From assembly GCA_003344405.1 (NCBI GenBank), contig NOWV01000018.1, positions 62,001-126,000 of the forward strand: DNA of 64,000 bases. Reading direction: 5' to 3'. Both the position numbers and the translations under genes were made by a program. Source of the DNA: Trichoplax sp. H2. Its lineage: Eukaryota. Numbering within the stretch: position 1 is the stretch's first letter; the number at the start of each line of letters is the position of its first letter. This document shows positions 12,219-25,967 of the stretch, in pieces. The notes under the pieces are model-generated. The model saw nothing but the letters and a program-made list of their open reading frames with translations. It did no database searches and was not told the origin of the DNA.

Positions 12219-15200
12219 ATGGCGCAAATCGGTAGGGGTGAAGTACAAATGAGGCTACGGGAAAAAGACGTCCTTGATCCAGCATTAACGCGACGGGAAA
12301 TCTCAGGTTGACTGACATATTGATCATTTGGATTCCACTGTAATCCAGGCCTATCTCGACGTGTGACCTCCATCCAAATATCACATTGTACTGTAGTGCC
12401 TTTTTTTTTTTTTTCCTCTTGGCTTATTTCAGTCAAATGAATTTAGAATTGAGGATATTGACTGCCCACCAATTCTGAATGATAATGATATGCAAATGGT
12501 GGAGACATCTTTTACGCTATCTCTCCATCAGTTTATTCCTATTTATACTACTATGGGAGATACGCCTTCAACTGATCTTCTACTTACATCTTGATTTTTT
12601 CTTGTACAGTACAGTATAGTAAAATGCAGTTCATCTCCTAGACTTGATAACGTGCAATACTGTACACTGGACAGCATTGCATCGGACATTGCAGTCGTAG
12701 TTGCTTTTTCTTTTTTCCACTATCATGATGAGTATGGCTGTCATTTTATTGTAGTGTTATAAAGTGGTCTAATTAAATTGAATATAGACATCATTTGACT
12801 GGATTACAAGTCTAGCATTAGCTTACTATAGGTCTGAATTGTCCAACATTTTCTTCTTTTGTCATTGAAAAACCATCCTTTAAATGAGGTATTGTAAACG
12901 TTGATTACACCCATTACTAACACTTATTTTTGATTAATTACGATAGGCTTACGTTCTCGTGTCCAAGCAGCAGAAATTATGGATGAAGAACGGCAAAAAC
13001 TCATTGCTTACCAGTACCTTTGTCGCTTAGCAGAAGCGAAAGAGTAAGTAAATCTGTACTATACCATCATTCTTTGTCATCCATGGGAATAGTCGGCAAT
13101 GTAATTAGGCTGACTGCTGTCATCATAATTGCTACGCTGCCAATTGCTTATTCGAGTATGGATAGGCTGTACAGCATTGGTATTGCGTCGAAAATCGACA
13201 CTGTTGCATGTTTTAAATCATTGTAGGATAATTTTGTGATGAGTAGTTTTTTTAAACTGAATCAAAACAGAATTACACTTATCATCTGCTATATGTACTG
13301 TAATACTGCAACAGTGTAGTCCACAAAGTAGCTTTTGATAAAAAAGGCTTTATAGTCAAACACTAGAATGAAGTACTTTCGTCCGATATAGAGTACGCAT
13401 ACGAGCTACGCTGTCACCAATCAAACCCATTATACTCTCCTACTCGTATACATAAAGTAGCTGCAATGCGGTTGCGATAGTGGCAGTTTGAAATAAATAC
13501 AACTTTCCTATGTACCATGATCTAAAGTTGGAGAATACTGTAAAAGTGGGATTACAATCGATCGTGGCAGTAAAGTACTGGTACATAGAATATATTTTAC
13601 AGCATACCAAACACAAAGGTATATTGCTGTATGAATACATCGAATGATTCTATTTATATTTGCCGTATTATTACAGCTGGATTGAGCGATGTATTAGTGA
13701 AAACATTCCGGTATCAATTAGCGAGTTTGAGAATACTCTACGAAATGGCATATTGTTGGCAAAGCTTAGCCACTCGTTTGCTACTGATGTGGTCCCGCTG
13801 AAGAGGATCTACGATGTAGATGAAGCAAAATATAAAGTAAGCAATCTTGCATGATACTTGTTGACTTATTAACCTAAAGTTCAAGTTATATTATGGATTC
13901 GCAATCTGTTTCGAAAAGTGTAAAGGTTTACTGCTTTCCTTGAACGACTTATGATAGTACCTTAATCTTTTCTGGCATTCTAGTAGTCCTTGATCTTGCA
14001 TATGTATGCTGATCGAGTAGTCATACGATGCATGTATATAATACAGTTGACTTTTTTTAATGACTGTGTTAGATTGCCATGATTGTATTATAATTTGTGA
14101 TAATTGATTGAATAGTGCAAGAAATTAACGTAGCGAACTTTTAATGTACCATCGTTAACTATATTTATACTGATATTAGGTTAAAGGATTACATTTTAAG
14201 CATACGCAAAACTTTAATTACTGGATCGAAGCATTGGACAGTATCAAATTTCCTAAGGTACAGTTAAGATATTCCAGTATAGAATTTACATTAATCTTTA
14301 GTCTAGTCGTAATAATTTCTCGTCAATAATAGCCTACACGTTTAAAGTTTGCTAACATGGAGGCATGACCATTGATTAAGTTAAAAATAGGATAGGACAG
14401 TTTAGTGTAAATTTATAATTAGTAGACGTCTTAACGCTATAATTGATGGTGTAGTGTGGTTTTGTATTAAAAGAAAAAGATATAGAAACCAATTTTATGA
14501 TCTCTATCAACTTGTAGGAATTATTTAAATCACATATATTTCTTATCAAGAGTTGGATCATATTATCGCTCGCTATTTGTACTATATAACTTATTATATC
14601 GATTAATCCCTTGTAAATTAATGCTCTTACGATTAAAGCTTGGATTTTCTTCGATATAACCAATGTATCACATACAATATGCCACGTACAATATGATCAG
14701 TTACTATACCATTTAAGAACGAATGTTTCTATTTTGAAAATGGATTGATGAAGATTGTGATCGGCAAAAAAATATAGCGGATCAAAATCTTAATACCGAG
14801 GACATTTTTACATGATATGTCATAGATGGTATTGGTAGATTACGGTACTATACTTTCTCTCATTAGTTTAGGTGAAATTATCACAATGGTGTGAGAATTA
14901 AATATCTGTGCGCTGGGCTATATGGAGATGTTATTTTAGTTCCCGTTATACCATGATTAATACGCATAGATGCAGTTGAAATGTATTTCGTCTGTAGCTA
15001 CTGTTGTAACGTTGAGTAACTTTGATCATTACAGATTTTTCATCCTGAAACTGTCGACTTATACGATCAGAAAAATATGCCCAAAGTAATCTACTGCATT
15101 CATGCCGTTGCGTAAGTTGTTCGTCAAATATTATTCTACTTAGCTTAACAAGATCGTTTATTATATCAATTCTTGGATCTTTAAAGATTACTTACCATGT

Positions 15201-18200
15201 TCAATGATTAGATTATACTGTTACAAGCTTGGTAAATCACCTGCTATTACTAGCCTTAGTGGTAAAGTTACTTTTACAGGTATGCATTTTTTTCAATTTG
15301 TAACGTATTTCTACATCTTATAAAATATTTTAAAAGTTACAGAATGGAATCAAATATTAAGTATAGAAAGATAAGTAGTGCTGATATCGGTTATTCTACG
15401 TTAAATTGCGATTCATGTATGTCTGTGTGAGTAACTTTCATTGTACAAGGAAGCAACAAACTTTAATTCTCTTTATTACGTAAACTAGATGAAGAAATTT
15501 TAGAAAAGAGCGTTGAACTAAAAAGCCGTGGTGTGAAGATTCCGATGTTCAATCGTATTGGCGGGATTTTAACAAAAGAGGTATACCTATCTAGATTATA
15601 GCTATCCGTAAAGGATGTACGAGTATTAAATTTTTTCTCTTATTATTATCGCTAGCAATTTATTCAATATCATTATCCTATTCGACTATTTTATTTCTAG
15701 ATAAAAGTAGACGATGAAACTTGTAAGGAGATAGCATTTTCATTACCTATCAGAGCTGTCAACGTTATAACATTATAGAAGACATTGTAATAATTATAAA
15801 CTGTTTAGTTTTCAAGGCAATTGTAGCAGTAAATCGCGCAATAGATGATGAAGACGCGCCACAAACTGTAGTTGCAATGAATCATATCGCTGCAAGATTG
15901 GTTGACATAGATCCAGATTATGCTGATTACTATCAAGAAAAATTATTTACGGCTAAAAATATCAAAGTATCAGAAGCGGCTACAGATGAAATGGAAGATA
16001 ATACAGAGGTTAGCTAGTGTTTTAGTTTTTGTTGTTCATACATAGATTTGATACTGTTATTGATATATCTTTATTCTCCATATGTAGCTTACTGAAGAAG
16101 ATTATTATAAGACAAATCTAAAGCATGACCAGATTCAGAGTATTGTCAGTGAAGTTAACGAAGAAAGAAAAGATTTCGAAAGTAAGTTTATAGCGCAAAA
16201 ATTTATAGTATTAATGGTCAGTGAATGGTTAAATTTTTTTTCTGTTGTATTTATTACAATCAAGTGAATATGGCATTGCAAGCAGTTATCGACTCCATCG
16301 AAGATGGAGATTTGTTAAGGGCTCTTAAAAATCCGCTTCTACTGTTTTCGGGAGTTGATTCCTCAATCATACATATATACAGAAATCATCTTATGACTCT
16401 GAAGGCAAAGGTATGTCTTTTAAGTAGTATTAATTTTAGTTGATATAGTGTAACTATCAGCCATTATTAATTAAATGTCAGGAAGAAATTGTTTAATTAT
16501 ATTTTAATGTTACTATTCTAGCGTAATCAGGAAGATGCACAGATCACTTATGATGACATTCAACTTACAATTAAGAATGCTAATGCAGAGATAAAGAAAA
16601 TGAATTACCAACAGTCTATTTTACAGATTCTTAACAACTTACTTGACAGTAATCCTGTAAATTGTGCAAAATTAAAGGAATGCCTGGAAAATGAATATTT
16701 CGAATTTAGCAATCTTAATCCTGCATTCATTGAACAGTATAGTATTGTAATGAGGCGTGGTCGTTTAGAAAAAGTTGTCATAAATGGCTATGGGGAAGAA
16801 GGTTTGTTAACATCTGACGAAATACAGAGTTTAATTAATCAGGCTAATCTTTTGCGCGAATTAAACGATGCTCTGGATCGAGAGCCAACCGATAATCAAA
16901 AATTGGAAGAATGTCTAGGATCGGACATACTTGGATTGCGTGACGTGGATTTCGTATGGCTGGAAGTTTATTCGATCTGCTTGAAAAACAGAAGAATGGA
17001 GAAGTTAAAAATTTATGGTAACGGTAATAAAAGTCTTTTATACCTGGATGAACTTCAACGTCTGATATTGCAGACTAACTGGTTGATCATCTTAAATGAG
17101 GCTCTGGATAAGAATCCTTCTGATGAAAAGAAGATTAATGAGTGTTTATTGTCTGAATATATAGATGTAGATGATGTTAACTCTGATAATATAATGCAAT
17201 ACATTACGATGCTTAAGTTACGTAAGAAAGAAAAATCGGCTACTAGCAATGATTTTAAAGAAGTAATGTTGACTGTTAAAGACATTCAGGTTATTATTTC
17301 TCGTGAAAATGCGCTCTTGACTTTGGATCGAGCGTTGCAAGCAGAACCGATTGAAATTGCGAAGCTGAGAGAGTCTTTAAGATCGAAGGTGTTAAATTTT
17401 GCAAATTTACGTATGGAGATATCCTCAATGTATGCTGCTTCGTTGAAGGAGGGACGTGATAAAAAAGGCGTAATTAGTGACGACATTCTTCGTGAGAATG
17501 AGATACAGTGTTGTATTGATGAAGTGAATGCATTAATTGCTTTAAATGAGTGTATCATTGAAGATCCCGTTAATATGGAGAAATTGAAAGGGTATCTATG
17601 TGACGATGTGCTTAATTTATCGGATGTAAACGTGGAGAATTTATTTTTATACGCACCCTCATTAACAACGAAGAGAAAACAAAAAATGAAGGATTATATT
17701 GATCCCATTAAAAATCTTTTAAGTAAAAGCGAGGTGAATCTAGTTATTCATTTTTCAAATATCATTGTTGCTATCAACGAGGGTTTAGAAAACTATCCTT
17801 CCAACAAAGAACAGTTTAGTAGCTGGATACTAGATGAAACATTAGCGTTCGATGGATCACAGTCTCATCTGGTTACGCTGTACGTCGAAATATTAAAAAG
17901 AACGCAAAAGGAGAGATTAGGTAGTGATGAAAGTTTCTTGAATTATTTGGATATCCAGAACTGTATTACTCTTGGGAATGAAATTCACGATGCAAATGTC
18001 GCGCTAATTAAATGTGTTGCCAAAGTTAATGCAACAGTCGAAGCGGAAGACCATGAAGCTGTATTATTGGCTTTGCAGAGTGAAATTCTGTCGTTAAAGG
18101 AAGTAAATCCGGAACAAAGCACTGGCTATTTGACATCGCTGAAGGCGGCCAAAGACGAGAAAATTTCCGATTGTCAAAATGGTTGGGTCAAGCACGAGAT

Positions 18201-21200
18201 CGAAATTGGCGGTCACATATATTATAACTTATCTACTGAAGATTTCATGTATGATGCTCCTGAAGGTTACGTATCAAATGGAAGGTTTCTGACTAAAATT
18301 GAAATTGAGGTCAGCGCTTCTATAATTAATTTTTAGAGAATTTACTGCAGTATTATAATTGTAAATTTTTATTCTCATTTCAGCAAGCACTTATAGCTGA
18401 AAATGAGCGCTACAACTTATACGACAGGCAACTACCGCAAATTATTGCTATTCAAGTAAGATCTATAGTGGCTTCTATTCCGGTATTGAAGGTGATTGAA
18501 ACAGGTCTCTTCTAATTTACTTAGGCTCTTGCACGTGGCTATCTTGCCCGGAAAGTTATCAAAGAAAGAAACTATGAGCTAAAATGCTTGCTACCGGCTG
18601 TAATTCAGGTATACTTTGAAGAAAACGTCTTACTGTACTTAATTACATAGATTTAGTAATATAGATCGTATTTAGAAATTTACATCAGCTAAATATCTCT
18701 TTCTTACTTTTAATAGATTCAGGCTGCTTGTAGGGGATATCAACAAAGACGCGCCTATTTAAATAGACTAAAATATTATGCAATAAATGTAAGTATTGTT
18801 TATATAATATAAAAATGTTAGCCTTTGACTTTTTAAAATTTTGATAAAAATTACTATTGACTTCTAGGAAAAGGCAATCATAAAAATGCAAAGCGTATTT
18901 AGATGCTTAAAAGTTCGGAAATACTATGAAGGACTAAGTAAATTTTATTTTGTTATAATTAAAATTTTAAAAAGTTTAGGAATATATAATATCATCTTAC
19001 TTATCGACATTGCTATTTTTTTATGACACATTGCTAGAATCACTCGATGTCCCGTTTGCAGCAATTAGCATGTTCGTTTACTTACTTGACGAAACTCAGA
19101 AAGATTTTAACGAGGAGCTTGGTACGTTATTAAATTATGATGAGATTAAATTTTGTGATACTATGCAATAATACCGCTTATATTCTGTAATCTGTATTAG
19201 AATTACAAAAATTGAGGTCTCACATTGTGACAAGTATTCGAGCCAACTTGAAGCTAGAAAAAGACTTAAGTTCAATGGATGTGAAGATCGGTTTACTTGT
19301 CAAGAATCGAATCACATTGCAGGTATAATCACTAGAGTTGTATTATAGTGAAGCTTTTAAAAGTAACATACGTATGTATATATATCAAAGGAAATCTCTT
19401 TTAAATTGAAATTTTGTAGATGATCAGTAATTATACAAACGATTTTATTACAGGACGTAGTCCATCAAAATAGAGCACTTAAGAAAATTAATAAAGATGT
19501 TACAAATGTGAATGGGATCGATGTATTGATAAAGGAGAGAACGCACCAATTAGAGGTAGCACAATTATCTTGATCAAGTCATTACATTGTATTTCATTAA
19601 TTAATTATACAAGTATTACTGTACTAACAGACAATTTATCATTTCGTTAAGGGATATCAAAGTTTGTTTTATCTATTGCAAACTGAGCCGAAATATCTAG
19701 CAAAGTTAATATTTGAAATGCCTCAGAGTCGTAGCAATAGATTCGTCGAAACAGCCATCTTAACCATATTTAATTACGCTGCAAATACCCGAGAAGAATT
19801 CTTACTTATTAAATTGTTTAACACGTCCTTACAAGAAGAAGTATTGTAAGCACAATTACTTCTATATAATTGTGATAAAGAATGATATCATAATAACCTT
19901 GGCTATTATTTCTTATAGGAATCGTGTTAATTCAATTGAAGATATTGTTGAAAATAATCCTTTAGTTGTTAAGTTGGCCGTCCAGTTTAATAGGTTGATT
20001 TTGTGAATAATTAATATATTAAAACTAATTTTATGACCATTCTTATAGTCCTAATGCATATGAATTTATCAAGTAACTGATTATTATGTTAGAGGAAATC
20101 GAAGCCAGAATTGCCTAAAAGAAATTTTTGGCTCCGTAATTCAGCCTGTCATTAACAGCAAGGATAGTTATGATCTAGACCCAATGAATATTTACAAGGC
20201 CTGGCTTCACCATTTAGAGTCAATTTCGGGAGAAGCTAGGTATTATACTTTATACTTTAGCAATCCCCATATCTTTTATTTTGTAACATGGTTAGTGATC
20301 ATTCTATTTTAGTCAATTGCCTCATAATATTAATACGGAACAAGCACTTAAGTATCCTGAAGTTAAAAAGAAACTTGCAGAATGTATTAACAAATTAAAA
20401 GCCTTAATTGCCGATATTGTAGGAGCAATTGTACCTGCAGCCGCAAAGCTACCGTAAGAAATTATTTTATCAGATTGTACATTACCATCTGGTCTTTTAA
20501 CGCGCTGTGATGAAGTTATACTGTTCTAATCTTTGATTTATGCAATGTTTTCTACATTCCGACTTGCGATTGTAATCGATAATTTTAGATATGCGTTGCG
20601 CTGTGTTGCAATGACTCTCAGGAAATGTCTAGAAAAGAAATTTCCAAACGATAAAGACATTGCCTTAAAAGTTAGCATCTTGGGATAGATCTTTTAATTC
20701 CAATGCTTTACAGATAAATACTTAAAAGTAAATACGTAACTGTTTAATTATAGGCTGTAGGACATTTCATAATATGTCGTTATATGCATCCTGCTTTAAT
20801 TGCTCCTGATGCTTTTGACGTTATTCCATTCAATGTGGAAAACCCTTTAACTACTCATCAAGTAGGTTTATACCTGTTCATGGTACTGTTATTATTAAAT
20901 TGTTATAGCTTTTACTCGTTTACTTAAATTATTGTACTTTCAGAGACATTGTCTTGCTTCTGTTGCAAGTCTTTTACAACGAGCAGCAATAAATAATACG
21001 GTAGGCACTTTTATATCTGCTATTATGGCTGTGTACAACAGTTGGATTAAATAATTATTGATCTTTTTACTATGGCGTAAAAAAGTTTGGTAACGAGAGT
21101 CCATACTTAAGTTCAATAGATGATACTATATCAGAATCATTTGCGAAACTACGGTAAGTGTTTTTAGATTTTGTTCTTAAAGTTTAAATTGCCTTTAGTA

Positions 21201-23233
21201 CCGTAGCAATCGTACTTATGACAACTATAAATATAGTATCATGCCTCTGTCTTTATTAGAGCATTTTTGTGCGAAGCATCGACTGTGGAAGAGCCAGGGG
21301 AACGCTTTCAATTAGATCAATACAGTGAATATGCAATGCTTAGAAAACCAACTATTTACATTTCTATCAGAGAGATTTGTAACATTCATAAGGTTGTGAT
21401 ACAGATGCCGAATTACCTCATTCTAGTATGTAATAAGTTTTGAAAAAGATTAATTCCGATTGTTACAGTTAGTAGCCGACTTTGAAAATGAAATTGCACC
21501 AAACACCGATGATCCACTTCGTGAAGTTTTATCTGACCTAGGCTCACCTTTATCTGAATCTGAGTTAATCGGTTAGTCGTCAATGATTTATCTTGTTGTT
21601 AATGTATTGAGTTACCAAATGAGTTCTTTCATAGATGTGCCATCGGATACAAATGATCCAATTGCTATTGATGCTGTTAGAGAAGATTTGGCCAAGACTG
21701 AAGTTTGCTTGACATTAACTAATAGATTTGATATTAAAGGGGATAATAGGACGTCCGATGTATCATCCCTATTTAACGGGTTAGTTAGATAAAACAATGC
21801 TAAAAGATAATGAATTATAGATGGCTATTTATTATTTATTATAAATGATGATATATCCATGTTGGCTATAGGACTAAAAATTTAACAGCGGACGTGATCC
21901 GCGTTCAACGAGGATCAACCCTGGCTAGTATACTGGATACACCTTCGTCGAAGGAAGAAGTTAGATACAAGAATAGATTTTTATTTATTCTTTTAAATTA
22001 TTATGAAAATAATATATCCATACGTTAACAATTTCAGTCTGAGAAATATAAAGCCATCATCAGCAATCGAGCTAGTAAGATTGCTTTAATCAGCCAGGTA
22101 ACACAAAGTCAAGTGAAAGGCACGCAAAAGAAAGAACCAGGACCTGAAAAACAGTACGTCCTGTTTTGTTTATATATCTGTGATTCTTTAAACATATAAT
22201 TTGAAGCAGTTTATTACAGTATAATGATCGTTATTGTATTATGACTTGCTTTATTCGTAAATTCTGTTTTATTGATTTTTTAGTGCGTCACTGGAGAAAG
22301 TTAAGATTAGAATTAAAGAAGGTTTGCAAGTACTTGAAGAAAAAGGTCTTACCTCTTCTAAGAATGGATACGGATCTGTATTAAGGGAAATTGCAAAGGT
22401 AGTACGGGAGCTTAGATTAATTTGAACGGAATACAATTATCATCATGCACCAATAAGAAAAATGGGTCATCATCTTTTTATCCAGGATATACTTAATAGA
22501 CGGTTATATCGAAAAAATCGTAAGATTGAAATATTAAGACTGCGTGAGGCTCAGGTAGTCTTGGATGACAAGATCAAAGATTATGTTGAACAAATGGATT
22601 ATTATAATAAGTATATTAAGACTTGCATCGAAAATATGGCCTTGTCTAGTAAAAAGTTAGTAAATATTTTAACTAGAAGCTACTTACGCTATTAATTCAA
22701 TTTTTAATGGGCATATTTTTTTTCGTCTTTTATCAGGAAAAAGGATAAAAAATCTTCTGCCTTAAAGTATACCGCAGCACGATTGCACGAAAAGAATATA
22801 GTTTTATCGATCGCCGGTTTACAATCACACCAGTGAGTACATGATGAGATTTTCTATCAAAACACAAATATACTCAAAGGTAAATTGTTGTTTGTAGATA
22901 TAAAAATGTAACGATTGAGATTGCATCTACTGACGATTCATCGAAGTTTAAAATCCATGCCAAGATCATTGGAACAACAATGGATTCGATTTTGCTTGAT
23001 TTTGAGGTATGACCTAAGACGTCAGTTCCGATATCTTGATAATATAATGTGTAAGTTACTCGGAAAGCAGAAGCTAACCATTGTCTTTATTGGTTATTTA
23101 TTTTATATTTTTACAGCATTTGCTAGAACTGCAATATGAAGGTATTCCCTCAATTAAAGTATTTAATGCTGTTATGTTTGATGTAAACTCTTTAATCGGT
23201 CTCTTAAATAGAAAATTTTATGGTAAAGATTAG
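12219..23233 (+). CDS. IQGAP: IQGAP scaffold protein (CH, IQGAP repeats, WW, IQ motifs, RasGAP-related, RasGAP_C), about 35-40 exons
   Basis: Exon 1 12219-12306 (MAQIGRGEVQ..., phase 1) joins 12947-13043 (..EIMDEERQKLIAYQYLCRLAEAKE). CH domain WIERCI..FENTLRNGILLAKL..GLHFKHTQNFNYW..FHPETVDLYDQKNMPKVIYCIHA. WW-like GWVKHEIEIGGHIYYNLST. IQ motifs IQALARGYLARK and IQAACRGYQQRR. MDVKIGLLVKNRITLQDV, YQSLFYLLQTEPKYLAKL, RYMHPALIAPDAFD, LKYTAARLHEK, and C-terminus LLNRKFYGKD*. Confidence 0.93.
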
Positions 23234-25129
23234 TATTTTTTCGTATCGGTACTGGTGTGCTTATTGAACTTGTACGTTACTTTATAAAATTTTAATTGGT
23301 AGACATTTTATTTTCTGCCTCTGAATTACTGATTACGCTAATTTCGTTATGCCCACCAATCTAAAATTGCAAGCGATAAAGTATTTAAATGAGATTACTT
23401 AGTTTCCTTAGTGAAATAATTTTAATAAATTTAGATCGTGCATTTTCTGATATCACCGTTATGCGCAAAAGTTTGCCTTCATTTAATTGGATTCATTTAT
23501 ACTCAATATTCAGTTATAAATCAATCTTTGATTGATAATAACTATTATCACATTTAGCCAAAGTTTTATTGCAGATTTTTTGCACCTTATTTATTTACAT
23601 TTATTCTTAATGTGATCAATGGGTTTTTCTGTAGAGGTCACAAAATATTTTCAATTAAATAATATGATTGCGTGATGAATAAAAGAAAGGTAGAACACTA
23701 CTCTAATTGATGTTGTAAAGTATAAATTTGCAGTATAATCATGTGCGTATATGCACGCATACTGTAGTTAGTGGGAATCCCAATTTTCCAAGGTAGGTAG
23801 CTGTATAAAAGTATGCCCGTGATAAAGTCTTCCAAATGAATAGTGCGACAAGAGCTCTGGTTTCTTATTGATTAAATTTAACTTTTGTTATATAAATCTA
23901 TCAATAGACATGCACAATTTTACTTCTATCTACTATCTAGATATCAGTATGATCTATCTAGGAGACTGCACTAACTTGCCTATATTCGAAGTGCAGCCTA
24001 TTATTGTAATCCATGAAATAATCACCCTTGTGGTATTCAATCTATGGCATATAGAATCACATCAATTAGATTATCACAGATTTGCAGAATTGGAATACGG
24101 AATGTCAGGCATGCATTTTATAAGTTAGCGTTTACTATAAAAATGTCAGACTAGACAATTTTGCAAATCGTATACTGTACAATATCCAGGAAAATGTCCT
24201 TCCTGTATATGGTAAAAAGTGGTTGTCCATGCTAGCAGCCGAGTCATTTCGCACCTTTTACCGTCCAAGTGTTTTTTAATACGATAACGAAACTACTGTG
24301 TGATACATTAGATTATGATAGATAATTATGGATTTTTTCTGAAAGGCTGAGGTGTTTTCTTTCTGCAGTATACAGCAGTACTGTACAGTATAGTACAGTG
24401 CAATATGCGTATATTGACTGCATCCTTCAACAAACGTTTACCGGTGTTGATGATGCAATTGTACATGAGGTATCTCGTCGTTGCTGCTCTCAGAAAGGAA
24501 GCGAATACACAGTATGATGTCCTGTTCTAACTGTTGAGTCGTACACACTAAGTAGGTAGCAAAGTATCGCCGATGGCGACATTATTATGGTGCGAAATGA
24601 GAGTGATTGGTCAGGTATATGAGCATACTTATTGTAATTACTCACTGTCATCCATGTGTCTTACAGTATACGCCTACCTATTGCTGAATTGTACTACACA
24701 GACTGCTAAGAAAAAGTGGATAGTAAACAAAAGTGACAAGAGAATTGGCATGAAAAATTACGTCGGCAAAGTACTATAGCATTTCACTGCATGTGCGCTA
24801 AAAAATGATTCCATTTCAATGTCGGTAGTGTACTACATGTCCGCGTGGACTCTGTGGTGCAATGTAAAATGTAAACAAATAAAAACAACAATAATAATAA
24901 TCTGAATGCTGTGCCACTGGATTCATTTTATCAACAGGGAAGCAGGCAGAAAATGGTTTACCATGAACTAAAAGGGGAAAATGAATGGTAAAACACTGTA
25001 GTCAATAACATTGGAAACGCCGAAAATGTTCATTGATGACGAATTGTGATTTCTGAGTTGCTTAAATCTACCGTTTGTACTGACTGCAAAATCAATCAAT
25101 CCCACCCAAAAGAGTAAAAGCAGTTTTTG

Positions 25130-25900
25130 ACCTACTGTACTGTACAGTAGTCCCACAGTACTACACAACGGCCTGCGTTACCATTGTGCCTACTGTACTG
25201 TACAGTGTACAGTATGTTGCGCAATGTGCATTTTATATACTGTACAGTGTACAGTACTGTACTGTACTGGCCACTCACGGACTACTAGAATGTCCTCTTC
25301 CAAGTAGTCCGAACACTTGGAGTACAGTGTACAGTACAACGGCACAGACTGTAGCCAGTGTACTGTACATTGTACTGTAAGTAGAAAGAGACCCGTACAG
25401 TGTACAGTACACTGGTACAATGCAATACTGTACTGTAGTGTAGTCGCTACTCACCAAAGGAATGAAGAAAAATCACTTTGAGCGATGGCACTCGCTCACG
25501 CTTGACGTGCTGTGCTGTTCTACATTGAAGGCACGGTCATATTGTAGCAACCAAGTCAAATAATCGAGGTTTAAATGAGATATGTGAGGTCTTACTTGTT
25601 TTGCCTGCAGGTCAAATTTGACAAAAATTACCTGTAGACTGTAGTGTAAATAGTGTACTGTACAGTACAGTATTTTACAGTCAAGTACAGTACTGTACTG
25701 TACAGTGTACAGTAGACTTCTGCATACAGTACACAGATCTTTTTTCCCTTCAAGACAATCATCAGGATACTGGTACTTACAGTACTTTTCACTGTACAGC
25801 ACTGTACCACGCCGTACTGTAGGTAGACCTGATCATGACGATCTCCAAGTGGACGATTACAGCGTGGTACTGTATAGGCCAACTGTAGTGTACAGTACCG
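25130..25900. repeat. TACAG/CTGTA micro-repeat array immediately upstream of the CRTC start
   Basis: Dense tactgtactgtacagtgtacagta-type runs at 25130-25450 and 25630-25900, ending ~70 bp before the CRTC ATG. Confidence 0.9.
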
Positions 25901-25967
25901 TGTATTCCGCTGACAGATATCCCACCTCAAATACGGTTGTGGACAAAAAAAGCATCCCCAAAATAAA

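Noticed and set aside
17055-17558. Minus-strand ORFs (also 21612-21797 and 36059-36373)
   Set aside because: Antisense shadows of IQGAP and CRTC coding exons.
25502-25510. Half-CRE (TGACG) upstream of CRTC suggesting autoregulation
   Set aside because: A 5-mer is expected by chance and there is no full TGACGTCA site.
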